Part shown: positions 29,308-39,301 of the stretch, one piece after another
How the letters are laid out: the number at the start of each line of letters is the position of its first letter
How positions within the stretch are numbered: position 1 is the stretch's first letter
Origin: a virus
UHGV virus genome: UHGV-1455077
DNA: 64,000 bases
Reading direction: 5' to 3' (one strand)
Translations under genes and position numbers: made by a program
Notes under the pieces: model-generated
Seen by the model: only the letters and a program-made list of their open reading frames with translations
Databases searched by the model: none
Told to the model about the DNA's origin: nothing

Positions 29308-31019
29308 TATAATATTACTCCTGAAATTCTTAAAACTTCTTCAATTTCATCATTTTCTTCATCATCATCTTCTTCAATAAATTTATTATATTCTGGTATT
29401 GACATAAAAATATCTAAAATGTCACCTGCATCTTCTTTTGACCATTCTGTTCCATATTGAGAAAAATCAATATTATTGATTGAAATATCTCCTTCTTCTT
29501 CATCAATGTAAAGATTTAAATCATCATAAACTTCATTTAATGATTTTTGACCATTATTTGTATATTCACGATAAAATTGTTCGACACTATGGCAATCATA
29601 TAATGTATATATGAAGTTATATTCATAATCAGTATATTTGGAACGTGATGGTGGTGTCCAGCCGAACTTACGTAATTGGTCATAAACATATTCATCAATA
29701 ACTTGATTAAATGTAGATTTTGAAATTTTTTTATAAATTAATTCTTCCCATTTATTATCTTTAGATGAAAACCATTTTTCAAGATTTTTATCATTATATT
29801 TTGAATCATTTGTATTAAATAAAGTATTTAAAAATTTTTCAAAATCAATATCATCAGATGATAAACTATTTTCTTTAAGATAAAATTTATATAATGTTTT
29901 TAATTGTGTATCTTCCCAATTTACATCTTCAACAAAACTTATATCTTGAATAGCTTTTTTGTAAAATTTAGAAACGTTATAACCACTCGGATAATCTAAA
30001 TAACCATTCATTGCCATTTCTTTATAATCATTAATATCAGTTAAATAGTTGTGTCTTAATAGTGTTGAATAAGAAATCTGTAAAGCAATTTCTCCAACAT
30101 CTGTACGTGTTAAATCATATTCATATGCAATATCATTTTCTCTGTCTTCATCCCATTCATCGTCTTCTGAAGGGTCTTCAAGATTTTTATATGAATTAGT
30201 TACATCTTCTTGGGTTAAAAAGAAATCTAATAATTCTGGATTTTCGTGTACAAATTCTCTAAATTTAACAGAATCATTATTGGCATCTCTAAATTCACGG
30301 TCTCTGCCTTGATATTCATCAGGGACAAATAATTGCAATTTTTCTTTTTGATTATCTTTATTAATAATAACATATAAAGTTCCATCAGCAGTATAATTAT
30401 CATAATATAAACAATTATCACCGCCAGTACACCAAGATGCTCCTCGTCTTAATGCTTTAGAACCTTCATAAGTATGAGGTGTCCAAACTTCCCAATTATC
30501 TCCATTAAATAATAACTCAACAGCACCGTCCATATACATACCAGGTTTTTTTTCACCTTGTAATTCTTTTTGGTTTCTTTTAGCATCTTTATTTTTTTGA
30601 TTAACAGTTAGATTGTCTTTGGCAGTTGATAATGCATTTTTTAATTCATCAATTGTTTTATAACTGTTAATATCATTGCTAGGTAATAAATTTTTTCTAT
30701 TTTTTGCTTGGGTAAATGCTTTAAGATATTGTTGCATTTTTTCTGGAGATATATTTTTTAATTCTCCAATTTTATTCATTTTTAATAACCAACGACTATA
30801 ATTTTCAGGTGTTGAAGCTAAGACATCATTAGATAAATTTTGGATATTTCCTAAAACAGGGTCAAATGAAATTAAATATTTAAATTCTTCATCAGATAAA
30901 TTTGAAGCATTTTTTTGACGGACATCTAAAAGGGATTCATTTAATATTGAACTAAAATGAATATTATTAATATTAACTTTTTTTCCTAAATGTATTTTAT
31001 TAAAATATGAAAGTTTCAT
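29307..31019 (-). CDS. Hypothetical protein, paralogue family A; C-terminus ends in the shared linker motif EEVLRISGVIL
   Basis: 570 aa; SWCTGG...LYVIINK...DANNDS similar to ORF 4315-6117. Confidence 0.5.
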   Translation of the reverse strand: MKLSYFNKIHLGKKVNINNIHFSSILNESLLDVRQKNASNLSDEEFKYLISFDPVLGNIQNLSNDVLASTPENYSRWLLKMNKIGELKNISPEKMQQYLKAFTQAKNRKNLLPSNDINSYKTIDELKNALSTAKDNLTVNQKNKDAKRNQKELQGEKKPGMYMDGAVELLFNGDNWEVWTPHTYEGSKALRRGASWCTGGDNCLYYDNYTADGTLYVIINKDNQKEKLQLFVPDEYQGRDREFRDANNDSVKFREFVHENPELLDFFLTQEDVTNSYKNLEDPSEDDEWDEDRENDIAYEYDLTRTDVGEIALQISYSTLLRHNYLTDINDYKEMAMNGYLDYPSGYNVSKFYKKAIQDISFVEDVNWEDTQLKTLYKFYLKENSLSSDDIDFEKFLNTLFNTNDSKYNDKNLEKWFSSKDNKWEELIYKKISKSTFNQVIDEYVYDQLRKFGWTPPSRSKYTDYEYNFIYTLYDCHSVEQFYREYTNNGQKSLNEVYDDLNLYIDEEEGDISINNIDFSQYGTEWSKEDAGDILDIFMSIPEYNKFIEEDDDEENDEIEEVLRISGVIL

Positions 31020-31408
31020 TAATTTTCTCCTAATGGATAAACACCAGTTGATGGATTATTAAATTTTTCTAAAGTTATATCTAAATTCCAACTTTCAGGC
31101 AATCCATCTAAATAACTAACTGTACAATCAAACACCCACCCTTTTTCCATATCAATTGGGTTAATATCCAATAAAGTAAAACGAGGTTCTTCTTGAAAGG
31201 TTTCAATTAGTTCATCTTGAATATCATTTCTTACTTGTATTGTTTTTGGTTGAAATAAACGATTACGAATTGTTGTACCAAAATTTGGATTCCAATCGCA
31301 TTCACCTTTGGTTGTATAAATTCTAATTAATAAATCGTGTTTAGCTAATTCTTTATCAATCAAAATTTCCCATTCATCATTTATTGTTGTATAACCTGTA
31401 ATTGTCAT
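31019..31408 (-). CDS. gp25: Baseplate wedge protein, T4 gp25-like (GPW/gp25 family)
   Basis: TKGECDWNPNFGTTIRNRLFQ matches T4 gp25 RKGSRPFDPEFGCDLSDQLFE; 129 aa. Confidence 0.7.
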   Translation of the reverse strand: MTITGYTTINDEWEILIDKELAKHDLLIRIYTTKGECDWNPNFGTTIRNRLFQPKTIQVRNDIQDELIETFQEEPRFTLLDINPIDMEKGWVFDCTVSYLDGLPESWNLDITLEKFNNPSTGVYPLGEN

Positions 31409-31436
31409 AAAAAATCCTTATATAAAGATATTTATT
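31409..31436 (-). promoter_or_regulatory. Late-promoter-like box AATAAATA plus AAGGA leader upstream of the gp25-like gene
   Basis: Minus strand reads CAATAAATATCTTTATATAAGGATTTTTTATG. Confidence 0.45.
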
Positions 31437-31489
31437 GACAAACTTATTGTTTAATGGTAATGTTTTTCATATTAAAATAGAGGTAAAAT

Positions 31490-32515
31490 ATGAAATATAT
31501 AATTTTTACAGATATTCATTTTGGAAATAAAGGAAATAAAGATGACTTTAATAAAGAATGTTTAGATTTTCTTAATTTTGTTGAAGAAAAAACATCTAAA
31601 ATGAATGATATTGATGGAGCAATATTTTTAGGAGATTGGTTTCATAACCGAAATTCTATAAATGTTAAAACATTAAAATATGGTATTGAAGGTTTATATA
31701 AATTCGGTAGTATTGGACGTGGTAATTCATATTTAATTTTAGGAAATCACGATTTATATTATATAGATAGGAGAGATGTTAGCAGTATATTTGTTCCAGA
31801 AGGAGAAATAGGAGTTAATATTGTTGAAGAACCTATATATATGGAAAATGAAAAATTTTTATTTTTGCCGTGGTTAATTAATGAAGAAAAATTAGAAAAT
31901 TACATTAAAAAATATAATCCTGAATATGTATTTGGTCACTTTGAAATTCCATCATTTTCTTTTAATAAATTGATTAAAAAAGAAGGCGAATATAATCCAG
32001 AAAATTATAAAGGGCCAAAAAGAATTTTATCTGGACACTTTCATTTACGGCAAGAAAAAAATAATATTACATATATTGGTAATTGTTTTTCACACGATTT
32101 TTCTGATGTTAATGATTGGCATAATAAAGGATTTGCAATATTAGATACAAATAAAAATGAATTAGAGTATTTTGAATGGGAAAATGCTCCAAAATATTGT
32201 ACAACCTCAATTAGTAAACTAAATTCTATTGAATTTAGTAATAATATGTATTTAAAATTGATTAATGATGTGCAAATGAAACAAATGGAAGTTAATCAAT
32301 TAAAAGAAGAATTAGAAAATTTGCCTAACATTGTTGATTGTTTCATTTATCCAAATGAGTTAGAGTTAGCAAAATCAATCGTTGAAGATGAATCATTGGA
32401 ACATATTTCTAACATTGAAGATTTAATTGTTTCATTGCTAAATGAATTGACAATGGAAAATATTAATAATTCAAAATTAATTGAAATATATAAGAATTTA
32501 GAAATAAATTCTTGA
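31490..32515 (+). CDS. gp47: Recombination endonuclease subunit, T4 gp47-like (Mre11/SbcD metallophosphatase)
   Basis: IIFTDIHFG...LGDWFH...GNHD phosphoesterase motifs; 341 aa (T4 gp47 is 339 aa). Confidence 0.8.
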   Translation: MKYIIFTDIHFGNKGNKDDFNKECLDFLNFVEEKTSKMNDIDGAIFLGDWFHNRNSINVKTLKYGIEGLYKFGSIGRGNSYLILGNHDLYYIDRRDVSSIFVPEGEIGVNIVEEPIYMENEKFLFLPWLINEEKLENYIKKYNPEYVFGHFEIPSFSFNKLIKKEGEYNPENYKGPKRILSGHFHLRQEKNNITYIGNCFSHDFSDVNDWHNKGFAILDTNKNELEYFEWENAPKYCTTSISKLNSIEFSNNMYLKLINDVQMKQMEVNQLKEELENLPNIVDCFIYPNELELAKSIVEDESLEHISNIEDLIVSLLNELTMENINNSKLIEIYKNLEINS

Positions 32516-32540
32516 CATTGATAGTAATAGCTTTTATAGA
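32512..32540 (+). promoter_or_regulatory. Candidate sigma70-type promoter TTGACA-N17-TATAGA
   Basis: Upstream of ORF 32578. Confidence 0.35.
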
Positions 32541-32577
32541 ATGTGTTAATAATTATTTTAAGGATTAAAAAAGATTT

Positions 32578-33102
32578 ATGTATATTAATAAAAAGGATTA
32601 TACGGGAGAATCCGCAAGAATGGGGCAAACTGCCGAAGATTTGTTTGAAAATTGGCTTAAAGAACACCAACGAAAGTATCGTAAAGCAACATTATCTGAA
32701 CAATATAAACATATTGATTTTATCATTAATAGTGAAAAGCTCAATAAAGATATTAAAATAGATGTAAAGGCTTCCAAAAAAGTTAATAGAAATGATACAT
32801 CAACAAATAATGATATATTATGGGTTGAATTTAAAAATGTTCAAGGAAAAAATGGTTGGCTATATGGAGAAAATGATTATATAGCTTTTCATAAATCAGA
32901 TGAAAATTGTTTTTATTTAGTAGAAACACAAGAATTAGCAAAGGTTTGTGAAAATATTTGCAATCAAGGAATTGCATTATATTCTAAAGATGCATTATAT
33001 CATAGATATACACGAAAAGGCAGAAAAGATGAATTATCAATGATATATTTTGATGATTTGAAAAAATGTAATTATACAATTATAAAATTAGGAGAAAATT
33101 AA
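32578..33102 (+). CDS. Hypothetical protein (possible nuclease-like fold)
   Basis: 174 aa; HIDFII...IDVKASK weakly PD-(D/E)xK-like. Confidence 0.4.
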   Translation: MYINKKDYTGESARMGQTAEDLFENWLKEHQRKYRKATLSEQYKHIDFIINSEKLNKDIKIDVKASKKVNRNDTSTNNDILWVEFKNVQGKNGWLYGENDYIAFHKSDENCFYLVETQELAKVCENICNQGIALYSKDALYHRYTRKGRKDELSMIYFDDLKKCNYTIIKLGEN

Positions 33103-34238
33103 TGACTCAAATAAGAGATAGTGTGGAATTGGATTTTTGTGATGTATTGTTTAGACCTAAACGAACAACATTAAATTCACGTAGTGAAGCGGATATAATT
33201 AGAGAATATAAATTTAAATACTATCCAAAAACAATTAAATCTTGTGGAATTATGGCGGCAAATATGGCAACCACAGGAACTTTTAAAATGAATGATGTTT
33301 TGCAAAAATATAAAGCATTTACTTGTTTGCATAAACATTACAAAGAAACAGAATTGCGTTCATATATGGCAACTAATTATATGGATGATGATTCAGAATA
33401 TAATTCTTTTACTTTTATTTCTACTGGATTAAAAGATGATAAAGAAAAGGTGTTTAGTTATTTAGAATCTGGAACACAAATTGATAAAATTTGTATTGAT
33501 ATTGCTAATGGTTATATACCAAAATTAATTGAATTTGTTCGTGAAGTTAGAAATAAATTTCCAAGTTCATTAATTATGGTTGGTAATGTTGTTACTGGTG
33601 ATATGACACAAGATTTAATTCTTAATGGTGCAGATATTGTTAAAGTTGGAATTGGGCCTGGTTCAGTTTGTACCACACGTAAATTAACAGGTGTTGGAAG
33701 ACCGCAGTTATCTGCAATTTTAGAATGTGCTGATGCCGCACACGGTGTAGGTGGATTAATTTGTGCTGACGGTGGTTGTACTTGTGCTGGTGATGTTGCA
33801 AAAGCATTTGGTGCTGGTGCAGATTTTGTAATGATTGGTGGAATGTTTGCAGGTACAGATGAATCTGCTGGAGAATTAATTACTAAATGTTATAAATCTA
33901 ATGAAATACTTCCATCAGGTTATGATGAATATGATGAACCTATTTTTGATGAACCAAGATATAAATTTGAAATTAAACAATTTAAACAATTTTATGGTAT
34001 GTCATCTCAATTAGCACAAGAAAAACATTGGGGTGGAATGGCAAAATACAGAGCTTCTGAAGGTAAAGTTGTTGAAGTTCCGTATAAAGGTTCAGTTGAA
34101 AATGTTATTCAGGAAATTCAAGGCGGCTTGAGAAGTACAATGTCTTATATTGGAGCTAAAAGATTAAAAGACATTCCGAAGTGTACTACTTTTTACCGAG
34201 TAAGCAGACAATTGAATGAAGTATTTGGAAAAAGTTAG
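33102..34238 (+). CDS. guaC: GMP reductase (GuaC/IMPDH family, no CBS domains)
   Basis: VGIGPGSVCTTR, GVGRPQLSAI, GGMFAGTDES, YRASEGKVVEVPYKGSVE closely parallel bacterial GuaC; 378 aa. Confidence 0.8.
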   Translation: MTQIRDSVELDFCDVLFRPKRTTLNSRSEADIIREYKFKYYPKTIKSCGIMAANMATTGTFKMNDVLQKYKAFTCLHKHYKETELRSYMATNYMDDDSEYNSFTFISTGLKDDKEKVFSYLESGTQIDKICIDIANGYIPKLIEFVREVRNKFPSSLIMVGNVVTGDMTQDLILNGADIVKVGIGPGSVCTTRKLTGVGRPQLSAILECADAAHGVGGLICADGGCTCAGDVAKAFGAGADFVMIGGMFAGTDESAGELITKCYKSNEILPSGYDEYDEPIFDEPRYKFEIKQFKQFYGMSSQLAQEKHWGGMAKYRASEGKVVEVPYKGSVENVIQEIQGGLRSTMSYIGAKRLKDIPKCTTFYRVSRQLNEVFGKS

Positions 34239-34248
34239 GAGATGAAAA

Positions 34249-34521
34249 ATGGAACAAATAATTAATATGGTTAAAGAACTTCTTAATAGTGAAATAAAAG
34301 AAGAATTTAAAAATCCATATATTGTAATGCTTATAAATTCCAAAACTCAACAATTAATACATTTGGTATGTTTTGAATCTCAACCACGTACACAAGATAT
34401 ATTATTTCTAGGTGCAGAATTAGCAACTGATAAAGAATTAAATGTTGATTTATCATTAATTGATGACATATATATTGTACAGTATGATGAATTATTAAAA
34501 GAATGGGAAAAATATAATTAA
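34249..34521 (+). CDS. Hypothetical protein
   Basis: 90 aa. Confidence 0.4.
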   Translation: MEQIINMVKELLNSEIKEEFKNPYIVMLINSKTQQLIHLVCFESQPRTQDILFLGAELATDKELNVDLSLIDDIYIVQYDELLKEWEKYN

Positions 34522-34602
34522 TAAAGTTTAAAATTTAAGATTTATATAATGATTTTTTAACAGATTTTAATTATAATATAGAAAATATAAGAGGTATAAC
34601 AT

Positions 34603-36723
34603 ATGAATTTAGAATTTAAATCTATTATTTTAAGAAATTTTTTATCATTTGGAAATGTTGAAGAAACAATTCCTTTAAATAAAGAATTATACCAAGTTAT
34701 TGTTGGTATGAATAGAGATAAATCTGATTCATCAACAGACCGTAATGGTGTTGGTAAATCTACCATTTTTGAAGCATTGCATTATGCGATGTTTGGAAAA
34801 TCAATTGGTAATAAAATTACTTTAGGTGATTTAATTAACAATATTAATAAAAAAAATATGGTTGTTACTCTTGTATTTGAAAAAAATGGAATAGAATATA
34901 CTATTCAAAGAGGTCGTTCGCCAAATTTTTTAAAATTTTTTAAAAATGGTGACCAAGTTGTTTCAGATGAATCTCAAGGAGATTCAAGGGAAACGCAAAA
35001 AGAAATAGAAAAAGTTTTAGGAATGAATGAAGATATTTACAATCAAATTGTATGTTTATCTTGTAAAGTTCCTATCTTTACTGACCAAACAACTGCTAAT
35101 CAAAAGAATATTATCGAGCATATTTTAGGAATTAATATTATTTCTGAAAAGATTGAGTGTTTAAAGGCTCTTATTAAAGAAACAAAAAATTCACTTAATA
35201 ATGAACAGTTTAAATATAATACTATTAAAACTCAAAATGATAGTTTGTTAATGTCAATTAATAAGCAAATTTCAGATATGAATGTTGCAAAAGAAAAATG
35301 GGAATTAGGAATTTCACAACAAATTAAAATTGCTGAAGAACAAATTTTTCAAATGAAAAAGATTGATATTGATGAAGAACTTAAAAACTTTCAGTTGCTT
35401 GAAAATTATTTAAAGCAAGAGGGGGTGAACCAACAAAATCAGCAACTGAAAGATTCTTTAAATAAGCAAATTTCTGAAAAAGAAATTTTTATAAAAAATT
35501 ATCAAATTAGAATTAATGATTTGCTAAAATATGATTTTGTAACTGAAAAACAAAATATTTTGCATAATGAAATTGAAAATGCAGAACAGATAAAATATAG
35601 TATTGAAGAAAATCAATATAAAACAAGAAAGACATTTAAAGAGCAAAATCTTGATTATAATTTTCATAGAATTGCTAAAGAAATTGAAAAAAAAGAAACG
35701 GAGTTAGCAAATATTAAAGAAGATATTTGTCCAACTTGCGGGCATCCAATGTCTGTTGAAGCTGTTAATAAATTAAGAGAAGAAAAGAAAGATGAACTGG
35801 ATAAATTAAGAAATGAATATCATAAAATTGATATGGAGATTTTAGAAACAAATCATTTTTTAAATTCGTTTGTTCCAAGAACTTTTGAATTTAAACCAGT
35901 ATCTTTTAATAATATGAATAGCTTATTAGAAAAAGAAAACGAATTAAATCAATTAAAAATTAAATTGGAAGAAACTGCAAAAGAATATACTGAATTAAAA
36001 GAGCAAGAGAAAAAAATTGTTATTGTTGATTTAGGAATTAAGCCTGTTACTCATTATTCTAATATTCAAGAAGCGTTACAGCATCAGGCAAAATTAGAAT
36101 CATTGAATGTTACAATTAATAGTTTAAAAAATCAATTATTAACAAATCCATTTGAACAACAAGAAAAATCAATTGAAGAATTAAAAAATAATTTACAAGT
36201 ATTAGATGATACTAATTTAAAAAATATTCAAGATGATTTAATGCATCAAGAAGTATTGCTTAAATTATTAAACAGTCCATCATCATTTATTAGAACCACA
36301 ATTTTAGAAAAGTCTTTGGAATTTTTAAATTCTAAAATTATGCAATATCTTGAACAACTCGGTTCTTTACACGTTATTTCTTTTAATAGTGATATGTCAA
36401 TTACAATTGAATATATGGGTATTAAATATGGTTATGTATCAACTGGAGAAATGGGCAGAATAACATTAGCTTTAACATTGGCTTTTAGAGATGTTTGGGA
36501 AACTTTAAATAATTGCAAAATTAATTTATTTGCAATGGATGAAGTGATTGACCGTATAGGTTTAGATACATCTGGAGTTGAGATGACTGTTAATGCTTTA
36601 CAGCGTAAAAATGATAAAAATATTATGTTAGTAACGCATAATGATACTTTAATTAATCAAGCTCCTAAATTGTTAACATTAATTAAAGAAAATGGATTTA
36701 CAGAAATTATTGGAAATGAGTAA
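34603..36723 (+). CDS. gp46: Recombination endonuclease ATPase subunit, T4 gp46-like (Rad50/SbcC)
   Basis: N-terminal Walker A NGVGKST; long coiled coil with CPTCGHP zinc hook; C-terminal signature/Walker B region; 706 aa. Confidence 0.8.
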   Translation: MNLEFKSIILRNFLSFGNVEETIPLNKELYQVIVGMNRDKSDSSTDRNGVGKSTIFEALHYAMFGKSIGNKITLGDLINNINKKNMVVTLVFEKNGIEYTIQRGRSPNFLKFFKNGDQVVSDESQGDSRETQKEIEKVLGMNEDIYNQIVCLSCKVPIFTDQTTANQKNIIEHILGINIISEKIECLKALIKETKNSLNNEQFKYNTIKTQNDSLLMSINKQISDMNVAKEKWELGISQQIKIAEEQIFQMKKIDIDEELKNFQLLENYLKQEGVNQQNQQLKDSLNKQISEKEIFIKNYQIRINDLLKYDFVTEKQNILHNEIENAEQIKYSIEENQYKTRKTFKEQNLDYNFHRIAKEIEKKETELANIKEDICPTCGHPMSVEAVNKLREEKKDELDKLRNEYHKIDMEILETNHFLNSFVPRTFEFKPVSFNNMNSLLEKENELNQLKIKLEETAKEYTELKEQEKKIVIVDLGIKPVTHYSNIQEALQHQAKLESLNVTINSLKNQLLTNPFEQQEKSIEELKNNLQVLDDTNLKNIQDDLMHQEVLLKLLNSPSSFIRTTILEKSLEFLNSKIMQYLEQLGSLHVISFNSDMSITIEYMGIKYGYVSTGEMGRITLALTLAFRDVWETLNNCKINLFAMDEVIDRIGLDTSGVEMTVNALQRKNDKNIMLVTHNDTLINQAPKLLTLIKENGFTEIIGNE

Positions 36724-37465
36724 TATTGAATTAATAAATGATAATTGTTTATCTATTTTAGATGACTTTATTTTAAAAAATCGTAGGGTTGATTGTATTA
36801 TTACATCTCCACCTTACAATATGAATTTAAGAATTATGAAAGGAAAATATATTTCTCGGTGTAATAATAAAAACCATAAAATAGAATTTTCGACAAAGTA
36901 TGAAAATTATAATGATGACCTTTCAATGGAAGATTATTTTAATTTTCAAAAAGAATTTATTGAAAAGGCATTAAAAGTTTCTGATTTGATATTTTATAAT
37001 ATACAAATGATAACAGGTAATAAAATAGCATTATTTCAATTAATGGGTTATTTTGCTGATAAAATTAAAGAGATTATTATTTGGGATAAAGGTTATAGTC
37101 AGCCTGCAATGCAAGTTGGTATGTTAAATAGTCAATTTGAATTTATCATTGTATTTGATAATAATAAACCATATAATAGAGCATTTGATTGTGCAAAATT
37201 TACCAGAGGGACTGAATCAAATGTTTGGGAAATTAAACGTGAAAGAAATAAATTTATTAAAGCGGGTTTTCCAAAATCATTAATTGAAAAAATTTTAATA
37301 AATTTTACAAATGAAAATGATACAATTCTTGACCCTTTTATGGGAAGTGGAACTTGTGGTATTGTTTGCAAAGAAATGGATAGAAATTTTATTGGTATTG
37401 AATTAGATGAAAATTATTTTAATATCGCTAAGGAGAGAATTGAAAATATAAATAATGACAAATAG
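36692..37465 (+). CDS. DNA methyltransferase, beta-class (N6-adenine or N4-cytosine)
   Basis: Motif IV SPPY precedes motif I DPFMGSGT; start may instead be ATG 36716. Confidence 0.75.
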   Translation: MDLQKLLEMSNIELINDNCLSILDDFILKNRRVDCIITSPPYNMNLRIMKGKYISRCNNKNHKIEFSTKYENYNDDLSMEDYFNFQKEFIEKALKVSDLIFYNIQMITGNKIALFQLMGYFADKIKEIIIWDKGYSQPAMQVGMLNSQFEFIIVFDNNKPYNRAFDCAKFTRGTESNVWEIKRERNKFIKAGFPKSLIEKILINFTNENDTILDPFMGSGTCGIVCKEMDRNFIGIELDENYFNIAKERIENINNDK

Positions 37466-37474
37466 GATTTTGAT

Positions 37475-38125
37475 ATGAAAGTTTCAACATTATACTTAGC
37501 AGATATTTCTGAATATGATAATTTTATTGAAAAGCTATTCAATGAAATTAATAAAAAGTTTGTTGGAAAAAAAATAAATTCCATTTTGATTAGTCGTTTT
37601 ATTTCTTATTTAAGAAAAGAATTTTCGGCATATGCTTCAATTAAGTTAAATAAAAAAATTAATGTATTAGTATATATTCCAAGAATATCAACAAATGTTA
37701 TTGAATCAAATATATGTAATGATATTAATAAGATTAAAATTCGTATTAATTATGATAAATTAAATGAAATTTTAGAAGGTAAATGTGAGAATTTAGAAGA
37801 TTATATTAATGAATTAGTAAGTCAATTTAATGATTATGTTTTAGAAAAACCAACTTATAATTTTTCAAATTATTTAAGTTTACAAATTGATAATTTAGTT
37901 GATATATGTTATAATGAATTAATTTGTACATATCAGCCAATGATATTGTTTAATAAAATTATGAAAAATAAAGGATGGCTAACATTATCCAGAAAATCAT
38001 CTATATTTAATGATTATTATAAATTATTTCAACAAAATAAGATTGAAAATAAAAACATTTTTCATAAATTTTTATATAAATTAATTTTAAAAATTAAGGA
38101 AACATTAAATGAAATCACCAATTAA
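37475..38125 (+). CDS. Hypothetical protein
   Basis: 216 aa, between the two methyltransferase genes. Confidence 0.45.
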   Translation: MKVSTLYLADISEYDNFIEKLFNEINKKFVGKKINSILISRFISYLRKEFSAYASIKLNKKINVLVYIPRISTNVIESNICNDINKIKIRINYDKLNEILEGKCENLEDYINELVSQFNDYVLEKPTYNFSNYLSLQIDNLVDICYNELICTYQPMILFNKIMKNKGWLTLSRKSSIFNDYYKLFQQNKIENKNIFHKFLYKLILKIKETLNEITN

Positions 38126-38885
38126 ATATTATGGGGGAAAATCATATATGACAAATATTATTATTAATCATTTTCCAAAAGAGTATGATATTTATGTAGA
38201 AGGTTTTGGTGGTGGAGCATCTGTTTTATTTCAAAAAGATAAAACAGCTCTTGAAGTTTATAATGATTTAGGAGAAAATGTTTATTCTTTATTTAAAGTT
38301 CTTTCAGATAAAGAAATGTTTCTTAAATTAAAAGAAAGAATGGACTTGGCAGTATATTCTGCACAATTACGAGAAGAATATAAAAAAGATTTAAAAACAA
38401 ATTTAAGTTTAGAAGATAGAGCTTATAAATTTTTATATGTAAATAGGTCATCTTTTAACGGTGTCGGTGGTTTTTCTACAACAATGATAGTTAGAAGAAA
38501 TATGAGTAAATCGACATCTGATTTTCTGGCAATGATTGATAAATTGCCAGAAATACATAATCGTTTATCTTCAGTTATCATTGAACATAGAGATATTTTT
38601 GATTTATTAGACAAATATAATAAAGAAAATGTGTTTATGTATTTAGACCCACCATATGTTAAAGAAACAAGATTATCAAATCAGTTGTATGAATGTGAGA
38701 TGACCGATGAACAGCATTTACAACTGTGTGAAAAGTTATTAACATTTAAAGGTAAAATATTATTATCAGGATATGATAATGAAATATATAAAATTTTAGA
38801 TTCTAAATTTAAAAAAGTATCTTTTGAAAGTCCAAATTCAGGCTCAACAGCCATTGAAACATTATGGATGAATTATGATTGTTGA
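38109..38885 (+). CDS. dam: DNA adenine methyltransferase, Dam family (alpha class)
   Basis: N-terminal KYYGGKSY...EGFGGGASV; DPPY motif; 258 aa. Confidence 0.8.
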   Translation: MKSPIKYYGGKSYMTNIIINHFPKEYDIYVEGFGGGASVLFQKDKTALEVYNDLGENVYSLFKVLSDKEMFLKLKERMDLAVYSAQLREEYKKDLKTNLSLEDRAYKFLYVNRSSFNGVGGFSTTMIVRRNMSKSTSDFLAMIDKLPEIHNRLSSVIIEHRDIFDLLDKYNKENVFMYLDPPYVKETRLSNQLYECEMTDEQHLQLCEKLLTFKGKILLSGYDNEIYKILDSKFKKVSFESPNSGSTAIETLWMNYDC

Positions 38886-38989
38886 ATTTAAATTTATTCT
38901 GGGTTTATTATTAATATGTTCATTTATGATGTTTTGTATATATAAATCAATTAATGATGACAAATGGAGACCTTAAGTAAAATAAATCC

Positions 38990-39018
38990 TTGACATTTAT
39001 TTGTTTAACGATTATATT
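38990..39018 (+). promoter_or_regulatory. Sigma70-type promoter TTGACA-N17-TATATT
   Basis: Followed by AAGAGG RBS and ATG 39043. Confidence 0.55.
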
Positions 39019-39042
39019 AAAATAATAAAAAGAGGTTAAAAA

Positions 39043-39285
39043 ATGGATAAAGAAAAATTACTTGATTTTATTCAAAAATATAATATTGTTCCACAGAAGT
39101 ATTATATTTTTGAAGAAGGAAAATTAAAAGTTAAATATACACTTATGAATGGTTCTTATGAATGTGAAAGAATTATGGAACAAGTTCAAAAAGAATTTGA
39201 TGTTGATTTTTATACATTTGCATATGAAGCTTTTTGCTTGTTGAATATTAAATATTCACAAGAAAATGAATTTTTTATTGATTAA
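39043..39285 (+). CDS. Hypothetical protein
   Basis: 80 aa; strong promoter and RBS. Confidence 0.5.
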   Translation: MDKEKLLDFIQKYNIVPQKYYIFEEGKLKVKYTLMNGSYECERIMEQVQKEFDVDFYTFAYEAFCLLNIKYSQENEFFID

Positions 39286-39301
39286 AATTAGGAGAAAATA
39301 A

